Assembly: GCA_907165135.1 (NCBI GenBank)
Contig: OU015568.1
Location: 7,812,001 to 7,876,000, forward strand
Source of the DNA: Oikopleura dioica
Taxonomy: Eukaryota; Animalia; Chordata
Direction of reading: 5' to 3'
DNA: 64,000 bases
Numbering within the stretch: the stretch's first letter is position 1; each line of letters starts with the position of its first letter. Position numbers and translations under genes: made by a program. The notes beneath the pieces are model-generated. The model ran no database searches. It was not told the origin of the DNA and was given only the letters and a program-made list of their open reading frames with translations. Positions 38,498 through 49,082 of the stretch are shown one piece after another.

Positions 38498-38665
38498 ATG
38501 AAGCTCTTCTTGCTTTTCCTGCTCTTGACAGTCGTAGCTGCCGATCTTGCCTGGTACAATCGAATGAACAACAATGTAAATCATCACTTGAACAGACGAA
38601 ACAGTCGAAATTTGTCGATGCGAATGTACAGAAGAATGATACAAAAATACCTTACTTCAGACTAA
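38498..38665 (+). CDS. Small secreted cationic peptide (55 aa)
   Basis: MKLFLLFLLLTVVAA signal + DLAWYNRMNNNVNHHLNRRNSRNLSMRMYRRMIQKYLTSD*; TATAAA at 38427 and AATAAA just after the stop. Confidence 0.7.
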   Translation: MKLFLLFLLLTVVAADLAWYNRMNNNVNHHLNRRNSRNLSMRMYRRMIQKYLTSD

Positions 38666-40680
38666 AATATTAATAAATAAACTCGAATCGCGAAATCGCA
38701 AGTCTTCAAACTTCATCTCCAAACTGCATGGTATAATCAAATTCAAACTAATCCTTGAACAAGGATTAATAAATTAGTAATTCTAATCGAATTCGAACTC
38801 TGAGTTTTCTAAGAGCCGTCGATGATCTCTGACCGATCAGTCTAACGAGCCGTCAAGGTCTCAGATCTTCTTTTTAACGAATTTTCATTAAGGCTTTTTT
38901 CCCTTCGTTCGAAAGAGAGAAGCATACATTTTACATGTCATTGATGCGCTAGAATACGTTGAATATTGAGTGCGTGGTTCATTCTTTCCGCGGCAGGAAT
39001 AGAAAACGATCCTGTTTCGCTGGCGAGAGCGGGAAAGAAGACATGTCTAGCTTCGCTGTTACTAGAACTAGGACAGAGAATGGACACACTTCGAGATATA
39101 CAAGGGCCAAATCTGTAAGTACCGGAGATTTTCTTTCTGCTGAAGAAACTGTCTTTCTGATTGATAAACCTACTAATTATTCTTCAAATTGAAGTTCAAA
39201 AGAAATTTGGTTTCTAAAAGAATCTTGAGGGCTCTGTTGAGCTTCAAATCTATAAAATCGAAGGTAGTGGTAGTGAATTTTCATGGCGTGGAGGCGAGAC
39301 ATGCTCCATCGCCCTTAAAAACCTTCGCTTCAATGCCAAGTCAGCATTAAGAAATGAGCAGTAAGCAGATAAGGAGGAATAAGAATGGGACAAATTGGTC
39401 TCGGTTTCTACAGGTACAAGTTGTACGGTACAGCGATCTCGAATTAATTTTCTATGTCCTTGATGTTGAAGGCTTGAACTTTCAGATTGCCTAGAAACAA
39501 ACAGAAAATAGGGGTTCAGAAAAGAACATATTCTGAGAAAATTGATTTATACATAAAGTCCGTCTCATAATCCGACTGTAATCTTTTCTCATCAAATCAA
39601 GCGCCCGTTCCATTTTTAAGACGATATTGATTCGAGCAATTACAGGAACAAGTAGGGCAGCAGACATCATCTACTAGAGCCCGCACAAAAAAAGAAACAC
39701 GAGATAAGCTCTACTGACAGTAGAGTTCACTTTTCGAAAGATTATTCACGCAAACGTCCTAATCAGCTCTTGAAAATAATGTCCTCTTGAACCAATTAAA
39801 ATTTAATCAGCAGCAAAAGTTTACAAGTTTTCATGACTGCCCACATCTTCCTCTGAAGAGTCAAAGCAGCAGAAAAAATAATCGCATAATTTATTGTTTT
39901 ATTATAAAAAAAGGGATGTCCTTCCTCGGATAAACCTTGTTTAATAATTCCAGTTAGGGACATCCTGTTAATTCACAGACTAACGAATTTCTGTCCCATT
40001 TGTCAGAACGCTCAGTTCAAGTCGATAACGCCCGCATGTAGTATTTATCATTCTTGTTTGAGAAGAAATGTCGGCTGAAAGGGAGTGCCAAAGGTTGTTG
40101 GAACTTGGGTTAAAACTTATAGATTCTTATGTTTAGGGAGCTACATACAGGGTTAGGGTTACTTGTCAATTTTCGAATAACAATTAATCTGCAAAATTTT
40201 TGCTGTGAAATTCGCGATTTTTTTCATTTTTTTTTCACGAAATTAATGCAAAAGAAAACATTTTGCCTTCCATTATTATTTTTCGCTGTTCGCTGACCCT
40301 TCAATCATCCATTTCGGGTCTCGAGTGATTTGGAACTGGAAGGACGGCGTAATTTAAAATGTAAACTTGAGGAGGACTGCGATGCTGCTGTCCGGCAAGC
40401 GACGCCCGTAAAGACTCTGAAAAGGAACGGAGCTGATCATTTCGATTTATTAAAAGAGCAACCCGCACAGCACCAATCGCCCTGTCAAAATACAGCGCGA
40501 TGGGGATCCTTGTCGAGCCGAGTGAGGGGACCATGCTCTTCTTCGGCAGGTGTCAAAACTTACATCCCGTATTGATCCGGAGATGATACATATAAGCTCC
40601 GGGAATCAACGAAGAGAATCATATAGTAGAAAAGAATCATTAGAGAAAAATGCACAGAGCTTCGAATCCAAATCCCTACC

Positions 40681-43600
40681 ATGCTTATTACCATGGATGG
40701 AATCTGTACACCGAGTAAGTTTCCTCCTAAAAATCGCCAATTTTGGACATTAGAGAAAGCTGTCTTCTCAATATGTTACTTCATAAAAACTTGATTGTCT
40801 GCAAACAGGATCCCCTGTTTGAAAAAGTCTATGTATATTTAGCCTATCTTAAATGATCTTTCTTCTGAAGAGAAAATGGAAAGATAGTCGATGCAACTAA
40901 CGATTGACATTTATTGCAATTTAATTTTTAATGCATATAAAGCTTATAAGTCGGACAAACCACCGCCATGATCGAAGAGAATTTGAATGCTATGTCGCAA
41001 CCATACACGTATCACGGCTGGAATTGTTATGAAGAGTAAGATTAAAAGAAATTTTCGATAATAATTTTGAGAGGTTCGATTTTCCGTAAATTCGATTTTC
41101 CGTATGTTCGATTTTCCGTATATTCGATTTTCCGTAACTCACGGAAAATCGAATTTCACGGAGTTTTTCCGTGAGTCACGGAAAATCGAATTTACGGAAA
41201 TTCGAATCTCTGATGGAAAAAAGGCAAACTATGTTATTTTCCAAGAAATTTTTTATTTATTTGAAATAGGCTTACCGGACTAAATTTTGACCCTTATTTC
41301 TAGCTTAGTAGGGTGGTCATATGACACAGTTTTAGAAAGCCTAGCTTCTGAACTTTCATTTGGGCACAAATTCAAGGGGTCTGGGTCATGCCCGCAAGGC
41401 AATTCATTGGACCTGAAGTCCCAAAATAGGTACTAGAATCCTTCAAACTATTTTTTCAATGCCCGTCCGGGCTCGAGAGCAGTCAAGAGTCATATATTTA
41501 GAAAGCTCAGGCTCTGAGCTTTCAGTAGAAACTCAAGAAATCTTAGCGCCAAGCCGTTTGTGGCCACCTGGAGGCGCTAGAAGTTGGAGGTGAAAATCCG
41601 GAAATGCCGGAAAACTCGGTTTTTGAGTTCTAAACTCTACAATTATATGTTTAAAATATATGTAGACAATAATTAACGCATTAAAAAGTTGAACCGAGGT
41701 CAAACCGGGTGGTCAACCGGGTGGTTCATCATGGGCCATATTTACATGTTTTTGAAGGTTTATAAAACTAAACCACCCGATTCGAACTCGGTTCAGCTTT
41801 TTAATGCATGAATTATTGTTTATATATGTTTTATACATATAACTGTAGAGTTTAGAACTCAAAACCGAGTTTTCCGCCATTTCCGGATTTTCACCTCCAA
41901 CTTCTAGCGCCTCCAGGTGGCCACAAACGGCTTGGCGCTAAGATTTCTTGAGTTTTACTGAAAGCTCAGAGCCTGAGCTTTCTAAATATATGACTCTTGA
42001 TTTCTCTCGAGCCCGGACGTGCATCGAAAATTAGTTTGAAGTATTCAGAATACTGTTTTCTAGTACCTATTTTGGGAGTTCAGGTCCCATGAATTGCCTT
42101 GCGGGCATGACCCAGACCCCTTGAATTTGTGCCCAAATGAAAGCCCAGAAGCTAGGCTTTTTAAAACTGTGTCATATGACTAGTGTGATATGACCACCCA
42201 ACTAAGCTAGAAATAAGGGTCAAAATTTAGTCCGGTAAGTTTATTTATTTCAATGTTACAAAGTATATTCAATTGTTTTTAAAGATAAGGTTATTAAGAT
42301 AATGTTCGATTTTCCGTGAAGTTCGATTTTCCGTACATTCGATTTTCCGTGAGTTACGGAAAATCGAATCTCACGGAAAATCGAATATACGGAAAATCGA
42401 ATTTACGGAAAATCGAATCTCTCAATAATTTTATGCGTATTTCTTGATTCTCCTCGTTGATTCCATTTTTTTTGTTTTGCACCCTAATCTAAGACCCTGG
42501 TAGAAAACTGAGGCCGCGCTTTATCCACCCAAAGAAATGCTCCAAAAGGGTCAAAATCAACATTTCCGGGCAAATCTTCAAGACGTACGAGGAGACCTTG
42601 GAGCGAATGCCGAATACACTGCTCGGGGACAAGACAAGACGAGAAGGTACTAAATATTGATGAAAAATATATAATGTCAGACAATTTGTATACTGGAAGA
42701 TGAAAACTCTGAGTTTAATTAAAACTTGGGCTCATTTCTTCTTTATAAGCGCAACTACAGTCAGTCTTCATAATACAATCATATAGACTGCGTTTAATAA
42801 AACCGATATTGAAAGCACTCTTTCAATTCTTAATTGATCAAGTCTAATCATTAATGAATCGCTCGATTTTCTATCGTCCGATCAAACTTACAGTATTGAT
42901 AATCTGTCATTAAGAATACTACGATGAAAGCTGCGACGAGTACTTCTTCGATCGTCATCGAGAGTCTTTTGCTGCAATTTTGTACTTTTACCAATCTGAT
43001 GGGATAATGGAGCGCCCAAAGTGGATTCCATTAGACCTTTTTATTGAAGGAACTTGGCGGTCATTTCGTATCATCATTTTTCAAGCTACGAACTATAAAG
43101 CCAAGACAAAAAGAAATCATCTTTTTCGACCTAACGTCTCATTTTATCGATGATGTCACTCCTATGCCAGTAGTGCAAGAAGGAACTGAAGTTCAGATGC
43201 TCCATATTCTCCTAAAGCACAACTAAATTATTGAGCAAGTTTGAATTCGTGTAAGAAGAAACAATCACCAAGGACACAAGCATGCGAAGCATAATTTGGA
43301 ACACATTCGAGGTGAATTATTTAGGGCGTAAGGAGCGTGCGTTAAACATCAACTAAGAATCCGACAACAAAAATTGGCCGCGCTCTTGCTTCAGCGTCCA
43401 TTTTTTTCATTTTGATTGCTACAGTCTCGTTTTGTGTGGAGACTCTGCCGCAGTTTCAAGAGGCAGAAAATGCAACGGAAATCATTCCACCTTGGGAGCC
43501 AGCGAACAAAGGAAAGGCTTTTTTCTTCAGCTTGAAAAAAAAGAAATTGTAAAAGCCTAAGTCAGGATTTCCCTTCTGGGTTATTGAAAGTATCTGCATT

Positions 43601-44662
43601 GTTTTCTTCACGATTGAGTTTGTTCTCAGGAAAGGACTCCGAAAACCACCATTCAAAAAGCGCAGAACATATTGAGTTCTTGAAAAGACTTTTCTCAACG
43701 CCGAATATCTGCAAATTTCTCAAGACGATTGGAAATCTGATTGATTTACTAGCCATCGTCCCTTACTACTTTTCACTTTCGGTACAGATATTGCTTATAA
43801 AAGGTCTTACATCAGCATAAGAACCCTTTAAATTTGATATATTTAGATGAGCCAATGGAAGGAGAAGAAATCGGAAGTGGAGAAGCTCTGGCCAAGAGTA
43901 ACAAAGTCGCGTTTCTTGCGGTTTTGAGGATTATTCGAATATTGAGGTGAACGATTTGCCAATCATCAGTATTGAATAATATCGCATAGAGTTTTCCGTA
44001 TTGCAAAGCTTGGACGACACAACCAGAACTTATCACGCTTAGTGCGAACTATGAAGGTAATTTTCATTATCAAATAATAATCAAAGATGATAAAATTATT
44101 TTTATTAACTGTTAAAAGCTGCAGTTTCGTTTAAAAGCCATCTTAGAACTAAAGTCTCATTTTAGGGATCAGCGAAAGAATTCAGTTTTCTCTTTCTTCT
44201 CTTTGGCGTTTTCATGGTGATCTTCAGTGCTCTAGTTTATTTTGCAGAGAATGGTCAAAACGAAAAGATGAATTCTATTCCAGGTCCTTCTAAGAAAATT
44301 CTGCGAAAAAAAAAAAATTAAGCTTCATTTTGGTGGGCAATAGTGACGATGACAACTGTTGGCTACGGAGACGTGGTTCCTATCACCGTGCCTGGCAAGA
44401 TGGTCGGCCTTTTGTGCGCTTTATCAGGTGTCTTGTGTATTGCGCTTCCTGTGCCTGCCATTGTCCAGGTACTTATCATCTTTGTCATATCAGAAAATCA
44501 AGAAAGAGCTGTAGAACTTTCATCGTATCTTCAAAGAAGATAAAGCCTTGATGGAGGTTTCGGATGATAGAAGCTACGATGGCTTGGTCCGCTCTAGTTT
44601 GCGAAGATACTTCATGCTCAAAAAGACGTAAATGCAATAAATCAATGCTTGAAACAATCTGA
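40681..44662 (+). CDS. Voltage-gated K+ channel, Shaker/Kv1-like
   Basis: T1 domain ([27 protein letters not shown]), S4 [18 protein letters not shown], pore [16 protein letters not shown]6 [11 protein letters not shown]; first coding exon 40681-40714 tentative. Confidence 0.92.
41069..42423. mobile_element. Mutator/Foldback-like non-autonomous element with 9-bp TSD
   Basis: Termini GAGAG...CTCTC; direct repeat AATAATTTT at 41060-41068 and 42424-42432; subterminal arrays of about 16-bp TTCGATTTTCCGTA units in both orientations. Confidence 0.85.
41271..42239. mobile_element. Nested palindromic MITE (about 450-bp arms)
   Basis: CTTACCGGACTAAATTTTG... is the reverse complement of ...CAAAATTTAGTCCGGTAAG; arms meet around a spacer near 41725-41770; TA at 41273-41274 and 42236-42237; several indels between arms. 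Confidence 0.9.
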
Positions 44663-44944
44663 TGAATATGACTGTAAATAAACTTCGGTGTACTCTGCTA
44701 GTTTCAGCGAGAATTTCGCGCTTTATGAAGTTGTTTTTGACGTTATTCTGCATAAGTACTCACGTGGTCTCTTGGAAACGCATAATGACGAGTGCAGATG
44801 CTTGACCTGAAGTGCATAAATTGTGTGATAACAGTAATTTATCCGTGATTTATAATGGAAAACTGTACAATATTTGAGTGCAGTCAATATGAACTTCTAT
44901 TTAAATTCGAGTCTGTGACCAGAAATAGCACTAGATTCGAAGTC

Positions 44945-47566
44945 ATGAAAGGTAAGATCAGATATAAGAGAAAGACTAAAGCATAAATTTAAGTGCTTTC
45001 GAGTCTCCTTGCAAGCTCTGCTCTCGCAGACATCTATCTGCACTTTCCTCGCGGATCTAATAATCGACTTAATGAGGACAATAAGGTTTGAAAGGTATCA
45101 TTTTTCTAACGAGACGACAATTTTCCAAGAATAACAATCGTGCTAACAACAACCGACTTTTCAACTCGCAAAACGGCAACACCGGGGGATATAATGTTGG
45201 AGATGTAACTATTGACCCCCACACTGACTACGACAGTCAAAATAAAGCAGTCTACTTTCAATCTGGTAAATTGGCGCCTTCTGAAATCTCCATCGAGTGG
45301 TTCAACCAGCATGGCTGTGGTACTGCCGACAAAAATGATGCGAACTGGATCAACTGCCAAATCGTCATCCAGTACATGTGCCAGGATTCATCCTCGACAA
45401 AAATGACAAACGGACTCAGCACTGAAAAATCTGCATATACAGCACCGCCAAACGATGAAATGTTTCATAACGAAACTATCGCCCGTCGAGACGCTGACTT
45501 TGAAAACAAGCCTGACTCTGGAATGCAGGAATCCTGGGAATCCTACGATGCTTGCTATAGAAGAGAGCGAAATCGGGGCCTCTTCATGGCAGACAAAAAT
45601 CCTGGGAGAACTAAAGGGGCCACAAAGACTCGACAAAACTCTGGAGGAACTCGATACGGATATGAATGTTCTGAGGAGCGAGACTACTATCCTTACTGGC
45701 ATCCATCTGAGTGGACAGATATCGCTGTCATGACTTCTGAGCCGACCAAGTGCGATGATTTACTCGAGAACTCTGGAAACCGAGTTGTCAAGCATGAGTG
45801 TGTTCATTTCATTGACGAAAACACCGTTCAAGGATGGTCCGAAGCTAACAATGAAGAAGCTTGCGAAATGAAGGGCGGCAAATGGATCGGATTCCAAATG
45901 TACAAGGATATTATTGGAGAAGATCCGCTTGAATGTGAGAAACTGATGGTCAAGAAAGAGGATATTCGATGGGCAGTTCCTCATTTAGCTGGCGCCGGCA
46001 GATATCTTGCTCCAAAAGAAAAATGCTTGGTTCTTCACCCCGAGCCAGAATGCATGGCTCCACCGAAAATGCGCACAAATCACAATGGAAACATCGAAGG
46101 TGGCGGTCTTCCAACATACAAATGGACTCTTCCTCACTTTGAAGCTGAAGATTTCTCGAAGGAATGCGCCGTCAGAATCCGATACAACATTACGACCAAT
46201 GATTACCCAGACGACTTTTCGACAGAACACACTGAAACACACTACGCTGCTCCTGAAATCTGGCCCAATCCGGTCGTCAACTACAAAGATGTCGATCTCA
46301 AACTGGCCATCAACACCGCTCAATTTGGTAGAACATTCCAGGATAGAACCCACATTTTCCAGGTAAACTCGGCTCTATTAGATAACGAGTTTACATTATT
46401 TTAGATTCTTCCACGCCCAGCGAGCATTCCGGATGATCACAAACTTTACAATGTCGGCGTCCGAGGACGAAGAGGAAATGCTGCTCAAACTTACCCAGCT
46501 GTTGAATACGACTTCAGCCCCTCAAATCTCGATATTAATTCCTATGATCTCGTTCATTTCCAATGGGAGGGCTCAAACACAGTTCCTTCTAGCACTGGTC
46601 AAGGAAAGGACAACACCGATCGAAACAACATTGTTCCATTGCTCGCTGCCAACCAAAACATCCCCGCTGGATTCATTGCGGATCAGCGACAGAACGACGA
46701 CCTTCCGGTGGATCACTTTTCTGTTGAAGAGGATGGAGAAACTAAGGTCTTCTATGTTCGAACTTCTCACGGTGCAAATCTCTTTGAAATCCCCGATATC
46801 TGTCACAGCTTTGGTATGGAAATGCCCATTCCAACCAGCGAGGCATACAATGAAGCTCTGAAAAATTACTGGGTCAATAATGAGGGCATCTGGAAGGGCG
46901 ACTTCCCTATCGGAGTTCATGGTAATCAAAAAGTCTGCTAACTGAGGTTTTCCTTCATTTCTAGCTCTATGGATTGAGAGTGAGTCTGGCGACGAAGCTG
47001 GCTTCAATTCATTCACTGGAGATAACCCACAGATGGAGTACTATGAAAATGTTGCCCACTATGCTGTGATGAACTCACAAGGAAACTGGTACGACGCTCG
47101 ACATGAACACGACTTTGCCTGGTTCCCATGCGTCAAACAAGTTTACGACGTTCCAACAACTGACCCTGAGATGTTTGCCGAATGGCTCTGGACCTCCTCC
47201 GACGTCAACGACCTCTCACACATGGACGACTTGAAGATTCAACTTGCATCAAGTGGATTCTACGGTTGCCATCATGAAGGCCATTGCTCAAACTCAGTTG
47301 AAGCACCAAAGGAAGTGATGAACCCAAAGCTGAACAACGCACCTCCTTCTTTCAAAGGAAATGTTGTGAAGATGAACCCAGGTACTTTGATTTCAAAAAT
47401 TCCAAAGATTCTTACGTTTATTTCAAGGAGTTCATCATTACATGTGCACTAGGAACGGGTTCGAAATTCCAAGTAGCTTTCTTTATAAATGAGTAGATAT
47501 TAAACCCTCAAAAGAAACAACGCCTTCACCAACCGACATCAGAAAGGAACCATCATCGTCCACTAA
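44945..47566 (+). CDS. DD3-3-like secreted protein
   Basis: Signal peptide then DIYLHFPRGSNNRLNE, NRLFNSQN, QIVIQYMC, RYGYECSEERDYYPYWHPSEW, LAINTAQFGRTFQDR, FTNRHQKGTIIVH*. Confidence 0.85.
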
Positions 47567-47798
47567 TTCGATCCACAGTTTAGATGCTGCGACTTCTGAT
47601 TTACTCATCAATAAATTTCAATCTTCTTTCCTGGCTTCTATTTTCATTTCATGATAATTTCATGATTAGGGGCAGATTTTTGGCAGATATGAAAATTTGC
47701 ACAGCCTTTCCGCAATAAAATATGCAAAAGTCTGCTCGCCATATAAAGTACTTCAGTCATGAGCTTCTGCACTGCAAAATTTGAAGATAAAATTTAAT

Positions 47799-48134
47799 AT
47801 GAGATTTTTACTCCTATTTCCAATGATATCCGCCGATTATTCATACGCAGCGATAAGCCCGCGAAGCTTTGGTAAGAAATTGCAAGCTAAACATCAGCGA
47901 AGAGCAGAAGAGCTTATAACTGAGATCGCTCAACATCCTTCGAAGTTATTTAACCTTCTTAAAGCAAACGTGCGATCGTTCATGCGCGGCACTCGCGGTG
48001 GATTTGGCCCAAGCGTGCCGTTTTCCGACTTGGAGCTTGACGATGAGCTGTCCCGAAGTCTCCGCGCTCCGGAAGAAGAAGCTGGCGAAAAACATACTCG
48101 AGGAGCTGCTCCTTTGGCTCCCTTTTTCGGATAA
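47799..48134 (+). CDS. Candidate secreted prepropeptide (neuropeptide-like, C-terminal PFF-Gly)
   Basis: Hydrophobic N-terminus MRFLLLFPMISA, basic sites, acidic spacer, ends HTRGAAPLAPFFG*; TATAAA at 47742. Confidence 0.55.
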   Translation: MRFLLLFPMISADYSYAAISPRSFGKKLQAKHQRRAEELITEIAQHPSKLFNLLKANVRSFMRGTRGGFGPSVPFSDLELDDELSRSLRAPEEEAGEKHTRGAAPLAPFFG

Positions 48135-49082
48135 GCTCAAATTTTGCCTGCTTGCGTAGTCTATTCGTCCTTTCCTTATCCTCTTTCTGCATACAAATTT
48201 TCAAGTCGCAACGAATTAAAATTAATTCTTCGGCTGGATTTTTAAATGGTCGATTTATTTAGCACCGCGGAACCGGTCGGTCGGAGTTAATGCCACCATT
48301 AGAAACGATGAAGTGTGGTAAATCACAGAAAACGGAAAGAGGATTACGGAGCAAATGAAGACTGATGGTTTTATTCGAAGGGGGAGAACTAGAATTTTGA
48401 ATTGAGCAGGAAAGAGAAAGGATCAATATTGTGATAAGAAAGTCGACAAAATCAGAAGCGGAGAAAGAGCACGCGACGAGCGGGCAAATTCGATCATTTG
48501 CGTCTCGTACTCTTTCTCGTTCTAGCAAGAATCTACGCACCGGTAGTTACTATACTTTTTCGTTTTTTGCCAAGAGGGATGAGCTGAATATATATATACA
48601 TATGAATAAATAATTGAATAAGTCGGTTTGTCATTGAGTGGGATAGGTGGCGCACACAAAGTTGAACGTGGTTGATATGTTGAATGTATATGCCAATTTT
48701 GAACATCTGTTGATAGCAAGGAAGAGTTTCATTTTTTTCACAGGGCAACGAATTGGGCCTAACTGTTCGGGAAACACCCGAATAGCGAAAATCGTACATA
48801 CAGCGATAGGAAGCTAGAGGAAGTTATTTTCACATTTGGGATGTATTTTTCTCTTGATTTTTTCACCAATACATGGATAAATTAAAAAATAAATATCAAG
48901 GGGTCGTATCCATTTGAAAATGAAAAAAAAACTGAACATAACATTTTCTAAACTGAAATATGAAATGGGCAAAGGATTAAAAAAGAGAAGATTGAAGAGC
49001 GATGGCGAGGGAGTACGGTAAAACGGATGGCTAGGCGCGGCCAGAATTGCTTGGCCTGGGAAATAGAATGTTAGAATGAGTC

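Noticed and set aside
39250-39490. About 78-codon open frame on the minus strand after a possible acceptor
   Set aside because: No start codon, partner exon or family motif could be identified.
41075-41210. Array of about 16-bp TTCGATTTTCCGTA units, superficially CRISPR-like
   Set aside because: No unique spacers, units flip orientation, no cas genes, eukaryotic context; these are subterminal repeats of a foldback element.
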